Assembly (NCBI RefSeq): GCF_009914755.1
Contig: NC_060926.1
Length of the DNA stretch: 64,000 nt
Source: the human T2T-CHM13v2.0 reference genome, Homo sapiens
Direction: 5' to 3' (one strand)
Positions 1-14,953 of the stretch are shown piece after piece (within the stretch, counting starts at the first letter, position 1; the number at the start of each line of letters is the position of its first letter). The notes under the pieces were generated by a model, which ran no database searches, had not been told where the DNA came from, and was given only the letters and a program-made list of their open reading frames with translations. Made by a program: the position numbers and the translations under genes.

Positions 1-146
1 GTTGAGTTATTCAGCATGCTTCAGTTCCCTCTGCTGTAAACTGGGGATACTGATGGCTATTAACTCCATCCTCACAGAACTAGTAAAAGGTGCTTTTGTC
101 ACTGCATGATACATAGGAAACATTCAACAAATGTTAGTTGTTATTA
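1..146 (+). mobile_element. MIR 3' fragment
   Basis: cttcagttccctctgctgtaaactggggata ... acataggaaacattcaacaaatgttagttgttatt. Confidence 0.7.
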
Positions 147-383
147 ATTGTATTACTATCACCGAAAAATAAGTCATTCAGTTGATATATTTTCTTCTGC
201 TCTTTTCCTCTATGTTTACAATTAACTACAAAATGTTTTCTTTTCTTGAATGACAGGGTAGATGCTAAACAAAAGATTTACCAAAATCTAACTCTAATAA
301 TAAATGGGTTAAGGTTTCACTCAAATTATAGGTTATTTCCAAAATTAGGAGAAGGGAAAATATTTTTTTAAAAAAAGGATGAT

Positions 384-660
384 ACACTTTGGGAGGCCGA
401 GGAAGGCGGATCACTTGAGGTCAGGAGTTTGAGACCATCCTGGCCAACCTGGTGAAATCCCATCTCTACTAAAAATACAAAAAATTAGCCAGGTGTGGTG
501 GCTCATGCTTGTAGTCCCAGCTACTCGGGAGGCTGAGGCAGGAGAATCACTTGAACCTGGGAAAAGGGGTTGCAGTGAGCCGAGATCATGCCACTGCACT
601 CCAGCCTGGGTGACACAACGAGACTCTGTCTCAAACAAACAAACAAACAAACAGCAAAAG
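384..660 (+). mobile_element. AluS (Sx/Sz-like), 5'-truncated
   Basis: Starts at CACTTTGGGAGGCCGAGG; (AAAC)n tail; TSD AAAAGGATGAT at 373-383 and 661-671. Confidence 0.93.
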
Positions 661-1214
661 AAAAGGATGATGAATTCCTAAAGCTGGATTGTAGCACCTG
701 CGATAACTTCTTTATTTCTATACTTTTGTATAGTGTGCTAACAAAGAACCCAAAAATAAGAAAAAAGAAAAAAGTTGTATAACATTTAAAGGTCTGTAAC
801 ATACTATTCACTTAACACAAACAACCTATGAAGCTCAGGGATAGAGTATTCAAATATTTGTGGGGGGCAGCAGAGGGCTGCATGGCATTCCTCTCCAGAA
901 TGTAATCATTATTTCTGGGTTATGGCTGGTTCTAAACCTAACAGTAGTGACTCATCCTTTTCCAGAGATTCTGAAGTAGATGGAAAATGCATACTTGAAG
1001 AAAAGGTGGTGAACAAAGAGAGAGAAAGACTAATAAATGGTGGCTCTATTGCAAAGGCAAAGCTGTTGAACAAAGTGGGGGAAATGAGAGAACTCTGTGC
1101 AAACTAACTCATAGCATTTTTTAAAGCTTCATTATGTTTCTGAGACTTGCGCTCTGATAATGTGTAAAGAACCATTTTTTCCCCTTTCACCACCGCCCCA
1201 TTCTGTTATCTGTT

Positions 1215-1315
1215 ACGTCTATTTCATATTTGAGACAGATGAATTTTGGAAAAGTTATGTAATTTGGTCAAGATCATGCATGTAGTAAACAATACATTTA
1301 GGATTGAATTCTAGT
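1215..1315 (-). mobile_element. MIR core fragment
   Basis: acagatgaa...aagttatgtaatttggtcaagatcatgca...ggattgaattctag. Confidence 0.6.
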
Positions 1316-2314
1316 TTAAAAAATCAGTTTTTGTGTTATTTTCACTGTAGTAATATAGCATCAGCTGAACTTGAATTCCAGCCAAGTGCTTGTTCTCCTA
1401 AAGCCTACATCGCAATCTACTGAAATAATTCTTGGCCAACCCAAGCATCAAATAAAGAATAACCTCACCTTCTGGTGCTCAGCCAGCATGGGGATTCTGT
1501 TAAATTGTGGGTGTAGCTGATATTCTTGGTTACCTGGGGATCCTTCTGCTAATTTTGGAACATATTTGGCTTTTCTTAAGCTCTCGGTCTGTGACTTTTT
1601 AAACTATTCAGCTGTATCCTGGCTATGTCCATGTCCTCAGAGAATAAAACAAAATCATAGATCAGGGTATTCTTTTTATTTTGTCCTGGACACTCTCATT
1701 CCCCAGATAAATCACAGGCACAGTCATAAATCTATGGAAAAGAACAGTACAATTTCCACTGGAAAGGCATTCTCTATCTTTTCCACATTGTATCCACTAT
1801 TCACAGTGAATTGCTACTAAGAACATTTTTCTCTCTAGTACTCTAGCTACATAAAACACTTGGTAATATACATACTAGTTTATTGTTCTTCACAGGCAAA
1901 CATAGTGCTACTTTTCCAAGTGTGGGAATAACTCATTCTGAACCACTGGTCCCCCAAAGGCATATCCATATCCCTTACCTTGGCTTTGACAGGAATTATA
2001 GGAGTAATGTAACTATTATTTGGTAAGAAAGCTGATAGTAAACCGTGTCTTCTCCTTATTCCTGACCCTGCGCTTATACTTTGCCTAGCCTCATATTTAA
2101 AGAATACCTTCCACTTTTCTCAAAGCTACAAGTAACAAATATTCAACACTTCACAGAGTCAGGTCCAGCAATCTTCTGCTGAGGTCTAAAACCTTGCAAA
2201 ATTCTGGAAAATGGTATCCAGGTAATATTGTGGTTTTGTTAGTTAAAAGTATATCTGAGTATATGTGTGAATGTGTATGGGTGGGTATGTATGTGTGAGA
2301 CAGATTGGAAGTTT

Positions 2315-2990
2315 CTTCAATAAATATATTACTTTGAGTAATATCAGGAATTGTGCTAGGCACTAGGGTTATAAAATATATCATAAATGAATCGAGTCCT
2401 TAAGGAACTTTGCTTGTTACACTTTTATCAAAGGGTCAGATGGAGAAAAAATGCTTTTACTATGCCATCCTGAGTACTCGGATATAAATGTGCACAGGGT
2501 CCTGTGGGAGCAGAGAGAAGGGTGATTTGGTTTCCAGGGACAAGTTGTCTTGAAGGAGATGGCAGTAGAAGCAATGAATGCATAGGAGTGACCCTGGAGA
2601 AGAAGAATGTGGAGGATGTTGCAGGTAGAGGAAAAGAAAAGCATGAAAAAACATGGTGAGTATGAAAAAACATGAAAATTCATTATTATTAATTAAAGTT
2701 TGGGAAGGGAGTGGTAGAGTTAAGGCTCGACAGATATTATGATGAAGACATTATGTAAGACCATATGGACATAATCGGAAGCTTAAAATTTAACCTGTAG
2801 GTAATGAGGAATCATCAAAAGGCTTTATGGCTAAGTGTGGCAAAACAGTTTGCCATTGAGGCAAGCTGGTCAAGGATGAAATGGGGTTAAGATCCTAGGC
2901 AGGGAACAAATTAGGGAGCTAATGAAAGAGACAGTTTCCAGAAGATATGATGAGGACCTGGACAAGGGTGATGGTAATAGTGAGGACAGG
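2315..2990 (-). mobile_element. L2 3' region, degraded
   Basis: caataaatatattactttgagt...tgtgctaggcactaggg followed by purine-rich L2-like body (gtaggtaatgaggaatcatcaaaaggcttt). Confidence 0.55.
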
Positions 2991-3068
2991 AAGATCCATA
3001 GTGGGGGCACTGTATACACAATGAGATCCTCTCTCCAGGGGCGTCTGAAAGGGATATCCATGTGAGGG

Positions 3069-3780
<712 letters not shown>

Positions 3781-5392
3781 GAGGGTTTTGTTGATAGAAG
3801 TAAACCCTAAAAAACACATAAAGAGAAGCAAAAGCACTGAGAGAAAGTCTGAAGAAGCAGAAAGCCAGGAGCAGACAGGTGAGTAGAGCAGGAGCTTCTG
3901 CTTGGTAGTTTTGCAGGATGAAGCAGAAGTCACGTGGGTTCCCTGTAGAAGGGAGTTCTAAAGCATGTAATGATGGATTTCTGTTTCTGAGGAGGCTATT
4001 CTAGAGTTGTGATTGGATCAGCCAAACTGTTGTCCAACTACTATTATATCCTGAATCTATTTTCATTCCTGAAGTCTGTGTGGTAGCCAAGTTTGTTTCT
4101 TGTTTGCCTTGCTTGCCAATGTGGTATAACAGCCACGCCCCCACCCTCCTCTGGCATCAACTGGAATAGGCCTTTTCACTTGCACTCTAAAACTGCCAAA
4201 CATCAAGAGTGGGAGGAAGAGATGTCAGGATGAGCAGAATGCAAATAATGACTGCAGACTCCAGAAATCTTGGGATGAGATGTTAACTATCCAAGATTTT
4301 ATTTAAAAAATATGAACTGTAATACATATATAAAATATGAATATTTTAGCCATCCACATTATAATACCAGAAAACCTCTTGTGCACATAATGAGGGCCAT
4401 CTATGTACGACAGGAAGTGTGGCATGATGCCGTCTCTAAATGAAGAGGGGCTCTTTTTAAAAAGGCACCAAAAAATCTGTTTTTATTCCTCTTTATAGCA
4501 AATTGGCTTAGTTTAAATGCCAGTCTATAAAAGGCTTCATCCACACTCTCAGTACCTACCAGTTGTGAAGAAAAGAATGAAGGAAACCACTGCGTGCACT
4601 TTTTTTCTCAGCACCTGCCAACACAGGGCTTGGGTTTTCGGACGGAATTTCATAAATGGAACAAATGAAGACTAATGATCCTTTCTTTATCTCTAAGCCA
4701 TTATAGCGCCATCAAGTGGAAGACAAGATTATAGGATTTAGACAGTCCTTGCAGAGGAACTGGTAAGTAGATTATTCTTCTACCTGCTTAAGGATAGTTT
4801 CAATTTTGATCCGAGACACATCTGTGTGTGTCTGTGTGTGACACAGAGAGAAACCGTGTGGCAGTTCCTCCCTTTTGTCTTCTACATTAATGCATTCCAC
4901 CTGTGCTTTTAACATCCAGATGCTATCATATTTTAATTATACTGATTAATGCCCGCATAAGAATTACAAATGGTAAACCAACCTTCCCTCAAATTAGCTT
5001 AGTCAATCTGTTTAAAGGCAGCACAGTGAAATAGAACACCAAGCTAATAACATATAAAAAAATGGAAAATTCTTCATTTGTTTCTGTTTGAGTTCTTTTA
5101 ATTAAAGGTGACAAAACAGCCCTTTACTATCAGTGCAGCAAATGCAATATGCAAAGATGAATGCATTTACAGCTGTAGCTTGCATTGCTGTTTTAGCATT
5201 ACTAACACTGTTGGGAAAACATCTGTGAAAAATAAGATGACAGGGAATTCTCATGATAAAACTGGAAAGAGATGTCAAAAGAAATATTGCCATCTCCATC
5301 TTTGGAGAGCTTCGTGAAGAGGATCATTGTGTGCTCTAGTTGCTCTGACCGGAGATTCCAACTCTACCCTGAAATATCTTACAGCATCTTTA

Positions 5393-5769
<377 letters not shown>

Positions 5770-5989
5770 AAAACAAGAAAACAGAAAATCCTTTAACCTA
5801 AGTTACCAAGTAATTTAAGGTGAAATAATTTTCTCCTTGGCCACTTCTTGAAGAAAAGAAATATGAAACATGTATTAAAAAAAAAAAAAAATCAGGGCTT
5901 TATAACAACCCTGAAAAGACCAGGAACCATGAGTTAGTTGTTTTTCCTGAGTAAGGACATTGTGCAGCCGAGAGGTAAGGACTGCTTTT

Positions 5990-6125
5990 GGCACTGGTGA
6001 CCTGCCCTGAGGCTTTTTCAGTCCATGATTGCCAATTCTTCCATCTAAAAATGGAGATCTCACCACTTCTCAGCATGTCATAAGGATTAAATGGCATAAT
6101 ATAAATGAAAGCATCTTGAAAATTT
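5990..6125 (+). mobile_element. MIR fragment
   Basis: ttcttccatctaaaaatggagat...taaggattaaatggcataatataaatgaaagca. Confidence 0.55.
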
Positions 6126-6262
6126 TTGTATATTGACCTATTGTGAGTCTGCAGAGATAAATATCCCAAAATATTTTTGTGCTCCAAAATATGAGAAGGT
6201 AAATACGGCTTTACAATTCCAGTTTTCTATCTTGCCTGCTTTATTATCTTCCCCTCGCCACC

Positions 6263-6550
6263 TTTTTTTTTTTTGAGACTTGCTCTGTCGCCCAGGCTGG
6301 AGTGTAGTGGCGCGATCTTGGCTCACTGTGAGCTCCGCCTCCTGGGTTCACGCCATTCTCCTGCTTCTGCCTCCTGAGCAGCTGGGACTACAGGCACCCG
6401 CCACCATGCCTGGTTAATTTTTTTTGTATTTTTAGTAGAGATGGGGTTTCACCATGTTAGCCAAGATGGTCTCAATCTCCTGACCTCGTGATCCGCCGCC
6501 TCGGCCTCCTAAAGTGCTGGGATTACAGGCATGAGCCACCGCGCCCGGCC
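6263..6550 (-). mobile_element. AluY
   Basis: gagctccgcctcctgggttcacgccattctc and catgttagccaagatggtctc...gacctcgtgatcc. Confidence 0.94.
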
Positions 6551-6756
6551 TCCCCACTGGTTTTAAGCACTTTACCAAGAGCTTTCTGTTGAGACTGCAT
6601 CAATGTCATGTAACAATTCCACACAAAACTTGTTTCCATGAGTCTGACGCTTCTGGACAAGGACAAGGTCATCAGTTTTGGGTGATAACTTCTGTAATAT
6701 CATAAGACTATTGTTTCTAAGGTACCTACTAGTGGCAAATGTGTGCATGTGCGTGT

Positions 6757-6799
6757 GAGAGAGAGAGACAGAGAGAGAGAGAGAGAAAGAGAGAGACAG
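6757..6799 (+). repeat. (GA)n microsatellite, imperfect
   Basis: Visible directly in the sequence. Confidence 0.9.
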
Positions 6800-6884
6800 A
6801 AACCCTTTCGAGAAGGCCTCCTTAAATCAGGGATAAGGTTATTTCTGAGAATAAGATAAAAACCTAAAGATACCAGTGATGGCA

Positions 6885-7290
6885 AGCTTAACTGTGTGCC
6901 TAATATGCACCAGAACTAAACCTTAGAAAACAAAACTGAATAAAGCATATCCCTACCTATAAGGAGATTACAATGTCAAAGGGTAAAATGGATAATTAAA
7001 CACAGTAATTATCACATAAGCACTATGATAAGGGTAACTGAGGCATTGAGTGATCATGGAAGGTTTCTCAATAAAGGTGCTACCTCGTGTAACTCCTTGA
7101 TGGATGACAGGGAGATGGAAAAACATGAGGAGTAGGACAGTAAGAATGCAAGGAGCAGGAAACGGATTGGGGGAGAAAAGGGAGACCAGGAAAAGGGATG
7201 GCTAATGTAAGGCCCGTAGGTCCAAACAAACCAAAACAAAGGCATATTAAGGAATTTCATATATTCCAGAATGGCCAAGGATTTTAAGTG
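6885..7290 (-). mobile_element. L2 fragment
   Basis: tgtgtgcctaatatgcaccagaact...tccctacctataaggagattacaatgt. Confidence 0.5.
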
Positions 7291-8297
7291 TAATTTTACA
7301 TTGTGTATACATTTTCATATTTCTACTATATGCATATAGACAGCTACATCTTTATATACCTACTGCTTGGACCCAAAACCTGATTCATGGCTGTCAGTTC
7401 TTCCACATATAGGCAACAAGAAAAGGGCAAATACAACATGCCTGCAATGCTCAAACGGCTTCCTTCTGTTAAATGCAATCATGAAATGATACGGCTTAAC
7501 ATAAACTCATTGAAGCTTCATCTTTCAAGCACAATGTAAAGATTCTAGCTCTATTCAATCTCAGCTACAGGGCAATCACAACTGTAACTAACTCCTACGT
7601 CTTTCATCTTTTGACAATGAAATTAAAATATTGCTTCATGCTATAGTAGGAAAGAACACTCTAAAATAAATAATCCCAAAGTTGAAATAAAACTGAAAAT
7701 AACAGCAGTGTCTTTCTGAGACAGTGGGGCAGCAATGTTAATGAACGGAAGCTTTGCTACAAACTGAACAAACACGCATTGATTTTGAAGGTATACGGAA
7801 AGACGACTCAGATAAGCTATAGACATCAGAAATTTAAGAATCAAAGCCAAAATGAGACAATTTAGACAAGGGGCATAACTATTTTTTTTTAAAGGTGGGG
7901 GATATGCAGAGAAAGTAAAGATGAAAGTTAGCATTCACTTGAGATACTCAATTACAGAAAAGTCATGGAAATCAAACATGCAAGATGTTTAATGCACAGA
8001 GTGAGATGAAGAAGGATCATTTTTAAACCTTAAATTCTCCCTGCTCTTAGTTTGGATAAAGAGGAATTCCTCAAGTCCTACGTTTTCAAAATTATGTCTC
8101 TTAAAGAATTAGTAGCTTTGCAAATCAAAGCAGGATTGGCTCTTATCATCTCAGTTTATCTCTGTCAGTGCTCCTGGTGGTGGTGACATGCTGGCCTCTC
8201 ATATTTCTGTAAGCCTGGCCCTTTGGATTTTCCCACAGTATCAGCCTAAAAGGCCAAGGAGTTGTAAACCTGCTTTTAACTCTCCTTATTCCCTCCC

Positions 8298-8299
8298 AC

Positions 8300-8327
<28 letters not shown>
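8298..8327 (+). repeat. (CA)n microsatellite
   Basis: Visible directly in the sequence. Confidence 0.95.
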
Positions 8328-8332
<5 letters not shown>

Positions 8333-8625
8333 GGTCTACCTGTCCCATGGCTTCCGAATTATGAAATGTGCCCCATTCAGTTCTTGCAACTCTTCCCACT
8401 TATCCACTCTGTTCATCCTCTCTGGGGAATCCAATCTTGACCCAAAGAGACCAAGTAATCTTTAAAATCAGAAACTGCTTTAATAACTCATTAGAGATAG
8501 ATGACCATCTCTTATATCACTTGAGTCTTTCCTTTCCTCAGGCATTTCTAGATTTTGGGTCACCAAAACAACCCAACAGCCATCCACTCACTCCTCTCTA
8601 CATAAACATAAATAAAATCAAAACC

Positions 8626-8728
8626 AAAAATAAAAGCAGCCAGGTGTGGTGGCAGGTACCTGTAACCCCAGCTACTCAGGAGGCTGAGGCAGGAGAATTG
8701 CTTGAACCTGGGAGAGAGAGGTTGCAGA
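8626..8728 (+). mobile_element. Alu right-arm fragment, truncated at both ends
   Basis: agccaggtgtggtggcaggtacctgtaaccccagctactcaggaggctgaggcaggagaattgcttgaacctggga...ggttgca; no tail. Confidence 0.88.
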
Positions 8729-8812
8729 GATATTATTTCTAGAGATTACTATATTATCCTCTGAGAAAACACACCTGCTTGTCCTTTGGAAGCAAAACCA
8801 TAGTGTAAAATG

Positions 8813-9148
8813 CAGGTTGAGTATTCCTTATCTGAAATTCTTGGGATAAGAAGTGTTTCAAATTTTTGGTTTTTTTGGATTTCAGAATATTTGCCTATAC
8901 ATAATGTTCACATGGGAAATCTGGGCATGAGCAGAAAAGATATATCACAAATGAGGATGACTGGGAGGGTTTTCTTCCCCCTAAAGAATGCTGAATAAAC
9001 TGTGTATTGTGTGCTTGTATTTTGACCGCAACTCATCACATTAGGTCAAGTGTGGGATTTTCCACTTTTGGCATCAAGTGGGTGCTCAAATCTTTGGATT
9101 TTGGAGCACTTCAGATTTCAGATTTTCAGATTAGGGATGCTCAACCTG
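8813..9148. mobile_element. MER46/Tigger4-type TcMar MITE
   Basis: Terminal inverted repeats CAGGTTGAGTATTCCTTATCTGAAA ... TTTCAGATTAGGGATGCTCAACCTG; TA at the right flank. Confidence 0.85.
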
Positions 9149-11009
9149 TACTAGTAGCTGATTTTTAAGGTTTCCTTTGTTGGTAATTTTTATGGAAAGA
9201 AGAAAATCTCAACAGATGAAATAAACAGCAACTAAAAGTGGATTTATGTTGTTTTTTTTTTTCAGCAATAAGTAAATGCAATCAAAATGTTTTTTTTTTT
9301 TAAAAAAAAAGACTGTCAAAAGTAACACATGTAACTAAGAGTGAAATCTTTGGAGAGTTAGACTTTATAGCTCCAAGTGAATGTAAATGCTTTACTAACA
9401 GTGGAATTGGAAATTGGATAAGTTCCCTTGAGATAGAAATAGTCAAAATGCTACAGGAGATTCCAAACTGCTTGCTACAAAAAAAAAAAAAAAAAAATCC
9501 TTAGCTTTGACTATAAGTAGATCTCTAGTTCTTCTCCATACAGGAGATATGTGGTCTTCCATCCCAGGGAGAATAATGGTTAGGTTTCTCAACTCTCATA
9601 ACAGAATGTCAACATCACCATCTGCTCATCTGGCTTTCAAAGGATGCATATGGGCTCATCTTCTCGCCCAGAATCTCCTCTTGCTTTGGGGCTTTTCCCT
9701 TCAGTTTGGTCTTTAGTATGTACTCCTAAGTTTGCCAAATGCACACTGGAGATCACAGAAGACTTTGCTGAAGAACAGCCCAGTAATGAGTTGAATTCTT
9801 ATCTATTCAGAGGTTTCCGTGAAAAAATTCCTCTGCAGCGTATTCAAATTGTATAGCCGCAATTATACTCCCTGGCTGTGGTAATTTAAACGTTATTTTA
9901 AAATTAAGGCCTTTGTTAATAAATACTGTTTGCTTAAAGGTTAAAAGGTAGAATTATACCCTTCACACCAAATTGCAGTCTCCATGGGTCCTTATCTGCT
10001 TGTATTAATTCAAAGAGAAGATTCTGGGTGTCATCTGCCACTTAGAGCCTGAAGTAAACCTCTAAAAGCATACATTTCTGTTGTTGTTTCCATTCTACAT
10101 GGGCTTAAAGTATGCTTTAGAAACATACATCACAACTGAGATGTGCGTGGGCATTATGAATAGTTAAGCAGGAGTGCAGAAAGCAATATGGACAGAAGAA
10201 ACAAAATAATTTCCTAACATATAAATAAATTCAAAACCTACTTGAAATGTAGTATATCGGAAGAACATTAGTCAGGGTCTCTATAACTAATTAGCTTTGC
10301 GACTTTGGGTAAGACATAATCTCTCTGGATATTTATGTAAAGCTAGAATTATGTACGAGAAAACTACAGTTTAGAAGGAAAGAAAGTAATTACAAAGTAA
10401 AGACATTGAACATAAATCTTGAATTTTACCATTAATTGAATAATGGAAAGAAAATACAGACTATATTATTAACTTTTATTTGTCTATTTTCTCTATAAAA
10501 TTTTCAATCCATGATTTAGAGATCATGTCCATCTTGATCACCACTTTATCTCTGGTGTCTAGTACAGTGCAGACTGACCATTTAATATATTTTGAAGGAA
10601 AGACCAAATGAGTTTTAAACATATTATCTAATACTATAATACTCTTATGGTCTCATTCTTCAGTTATTTGCTAATATAATAGATGCATTTGTATCCTCTG
10701 TAATATAAAAATAGGAAGGGATGGTATTGGTTGTAGTTGAATATTTAATGGGAGAAAGTTAAGCCTCAAATAAGAAATTTCCTGAAATATTACCAATGAG
10801 AAAATGGGTATAAAACCTTCCATTTTACCAAAAACAGAACTTTTTTTTTATCACAAGAGAAGGGTAAACGGTTAATTAAAAGCAAATTAGATGAAATAAG
10901 ATGATACAAAGAAGGTATCCCATTTAATGAACATGTTAGATACTTTAGAGAATTTATTTAAATTTCTGAACAACTCTAAAAAATAAATCCAATATTAGTT
11001 TTAAATAAG

Positions 11010-11130
11010 AATAAATTAAAACATAGAAAAGTTAAGTGACTTATCCAAAGTAACATAAGCTGTAAGCAGAAGAATTGAGATTTGAGCACTGATATTACTG
11101 GTTCTAATGTCAGTTCTTTTTACAGTATCC
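11010..11130 (-). mobile_element. MIR fragment
   Basis: gttaagtgacttatccaaagtaacataagctgtaagcagaagaattgagatttgagc. Confidence 0.7.
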
Positions 11131-12065
11131 ATTTCACATTAATTGATAGTCTACCAACTACCAGATGTTTCACTGAGCACTCTTTAGGAAGGAAGGGAAA
11201 TTAAATATTGGCATTAGTTAACGAGAGACATTTCTTTCCACCGAGTGTAAGTAATAGGATGAAGATACATTTTGAGATGATATGATTTATCCAGAAGAAA
11301 AAGCAAAGTTTGTTAGAGGTCTCCAATCTATGATAAAAGCATTGTGTAAAATACAAGAAAAGTAAATTTCTTAAGAGTAATGTTAGATGAAAGCCCATCA
11401 TAGTTAATGGTATAAGTAAAACTGCATTAATTGTCAATGGTATGAAAATGTTCAGATAAATCATGCCAGGATAAAACAGAGGGCTTATAAACAAGTCTTC
11501 CAGTTGGGTGGTCATCAAAAATGTATGAATATCCACTGAGTTAAAACTACTTACTCTTTGGCTTTGCCATCTTCATGTTTAGTGAAGGGAAGCAGGGCGA
11601 TTTTTGGTGTAACGTTCCGCTTAACCTTCACTAAAGGGTTAATCAAGAACCATTACTCTAAAAACTCAAAACAATTCTGCAAGCCTTTATAATGCCTAGT
11701 TTATCCCTTAATTTTATTATCATGGGAATTAACAGAAAATCCTCCCAATACAAAATAAAGTGTGTTCTTTCAAAGATATACAGAAAGAGGCAGCTGAAGA
11801 GATGTTTCTTCCTCACATTAGCCTTGGGCAGGGTAAACAGAAGATAAAAATCCAAAGGGACATACTGAGTAAGAATAGCCATTGAATGATAGGAAGAAAA
11901 CCTAAATTCCTTGGTCTTGTGGACAAAATAGAAACAGGAATGCAAAAAGAGCCTGGAACCCCCAGAGGACCCTCAGCATGAGCAGCAGAATTATCCACAA
12001 TGATTCTCATGCATTTGTACTTTTTTTAATCAGCAAAATTTAGCAGCTTATATTTCAATGAGAGA

Positions 12066-12290
12066 CAGCAATGTTTTCACTGGGGGGCAATTCTGAACCA
12101 CAGGGGACATTTGACAATGTTTGTAGACATTTTTGTTTGTTACAAGTGGAGTGGTGGTTGCTTTGGGTATCTATTAAAAATAGGTAGAAGCAGGGAAGCC
12201 GTTAAACACCCTAAAATTCACAGGACATTCCACCACAGCAAAGAATTAACTAGCCCAGAATGCCAATAGTTCTGAGGCTGTGAAACCTTG
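12066..12290 (+). mobile_element. MER20 (hAT-Charlie)
   Basis: ggggggcaattctg...caggggacatttgacaatgt...aaagaattaactagcccagaatgccaatagttctgaggctgtgaaaccttg. Confidence 0.85.
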
Positions 12291-13634
12291 GAGTAGAAGG
12301 AGAATCAGCATCAAACCCTTTTTCATAGGCATTTTTCAGGTTTCTTTGTTACATCCGACTGAAACAGGCTTGACTAGCAAATTTCAAGAGTGACCTTGTT
12401 TCAAGGTGCATCATTTGTCGGCATCAAATTCACATCCTCTTTCTTATTTAAAATCTACCATTAGTTATTTCTCCCTCAAAAGGCTTCTACAATTTAACAG
12501 TGAGGACATGTTATGGCTGTGAAATAGATGTCCCTATCATACTGCTTTAGATGGGAAAAGAAACATTCTGCAGTGTTTATAAGTCATAAAGAATTCTAAA
12601 TATCTCCCACTCAACACATTCAGGCAAAATGATGGTATAATTTCTGTGCTGGGTAGCACTCTTTCATACCATTATGTGTCGTGTGAACCAACTGTAGGTA
12701 ATGCACTATCTTCCTTTAATCAAATCTGCATTGTAATTTCTATAAAAAAAATCAATTAAACACAAGGAGCAATTACTTATTTTTTATCACAGCATAATTT
12801 ACTTTCCCAGAACAGCAGCATGAAAATGTGAAGAAAGATCTCATCTACCTCAGTGTATTTAAAGTATGCATATTTTTAAATAAATGCGAATGGAACACTG
12901 TCAAATAAGCAATATATTATCTCTATATAATTCCCCATTTACATCAACTTTATGGATGGGTAATATGGCTTAATAGCAAAAGCTTAAGATATCTTTTTGA
13001 AACACAATTTTTTCATAGTCAATATTATGGCTGAAAACATTTTTCAGACTCTTACAGTGAAAATATAATTAGACAACAATTTGCTCATCAACCTCATCAA
13101 ATCACTTTCATAAATGACCTACTTAGGTGTCAAATAAACCTAAAAGAACTATATTTTTTCCAAGCCTTACAAATCCATCCTTGTTTACATTTCCCTACCT
13201 ATCTCTGTGCATTACTATCAAGGAATTTTGTTAACTACATGCTTAGTAGTTAGTAGGAGATCATGGAGCTAATCTAGCATCCTTACATCTGGGACCTGTA
13301 GTCTTTTCAGTGAAATCTATTTTACACTGAGCATCAGGAGTTTTTTAACTTTATGTAGATAAGATTTACCTGGAGGGTTTGGTAAGTAGGTTTGGAGAGC
13401 CCCCACATTTACATTTTAACAAGGTCTCATGTGATGCTGACGCTTGACCCATAGGTCTGGAAACTACCCAAGAATTTAAAAGACCCAATTTTCTTCATGA
13501 TTCAGTAATCTGTATGTGCTCTTAACCACTGTGTCAGCGGCATCAGTTTATTTTTTCTCCCTTACTTTTATGTTATCAACCTCTGTGCTCATCAGTTAAA
13601 CTAAAAGATCAATCCACTCCAACCTGGAAGATTG

Positions 13635-13760
13635 CATTTTCTTTCCTTCTTTTCTTGCCTCTTCCTGCTCCTCCCTTTCCTTTCTTTCTCCTCCTCTTTC
13701 TTCTCTCCCTCTTTCTCTCTCTTTCACCCCCTTCCTCACTCCCCAATTCCCTCCCTCCCA
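13635..13760 (+). repeat. Polypyrimidine (CT-rich) low-complexity tract
   Basis: About 125 nt that are almost purely C/T. Confidence 0.85.
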
Positions 13761-14953
13761 TATAATTCTGTAACTCTGATCTCTTTCAAATCCAGATGTA
13801 AATCTCACTTTGGCTGTGAAATCATCTCTGATTTACCCCAGTTGATACACAATTCTCCTCCATGTGGAACTGCTCAGTACTTATGAACTCACTTTTATTA
13901 GACTTGTTTGTACTCCTTGCTTCATTAATTAGTAAATTAAAGCCTTTGTGTATCCCTATGGTGCATGGTCTTAATTATATTATTATACTATTTGTTACAT
14001 GCATTTTTTTTTTCCTTTTTATAACAATGCCTGCTGGAATGATTGGCTCACAATCAGTGCATAATAAATATTATTAGCCCAATAATGTACTGAGTCAGGG
14101 GCTGCAAAGCAGTATTTCATCACGCAATGACCCAAGGTTCACAAGAAATCTAATTAGTGCTTCAACTAAAGCCACCAGTCAAGTCTGGGGGAAACTGGCT
14201 CCAAATCACAATGCTGCTTTAGTTTCCTCAGTAGCTGCTGATATTATCCTATTAATGGGGGAACTTTATGGAAGAATTATTAAATAGGCTTGGTCTGGTT
14301 GCTAGGCTGTCTGCGTGACTATAACAGGGATTCTCAGAAGCCATGTTAAGCATGTTCAAATACTCCTAAAATGGCTGCTGGTGATAGAGAAAGTAGAATT
14401 CTCCAAAGTTAATTTTTATACTTCTTTAAAAGCCTGGTTTGCTCTAAAGGAACTCATAAATGAGACATATTTTAACCACTTCATCATATTTGTTGGATCA
14501 CTCTGTTCTGAACATAAGCAATTTTGGAATGAAGGCCTTCTGGCCACACGGGTAATATATGTGTTGCAAAAAGTGGGACACCATGAGAGGTATGGAATGA
14601 ATGAACCCGCTCTCTCTCTCTCCTTCTCTCTACTTCACCACTCCCACCCCAACGGCCCCATCTAAGATCTGGATGACTAATGGAAGGTTAATTCTCTGAG
14701 GCCTAAAGGAAAATTTCACACTTTCTCAGTAGTTCAAAAGTTTGGCTTTCCCCTAAGTGATAACATACAAATGGAGTAACAGCAGAACTCTCAACATTAA
14801 GGAGTTTCTGTGAAGGTGCCAAGGCATTTATTTAAAAGTTGCTAATCAGATTTCAAGGCCCAAAGTCCCGGCTCCCTCACATTAGTGATCAGATTTGTTA
14901 ACTTTAATTTTTCATAACAATCCCATAAATTTATGTGTTTATGAGTTTTTTAG

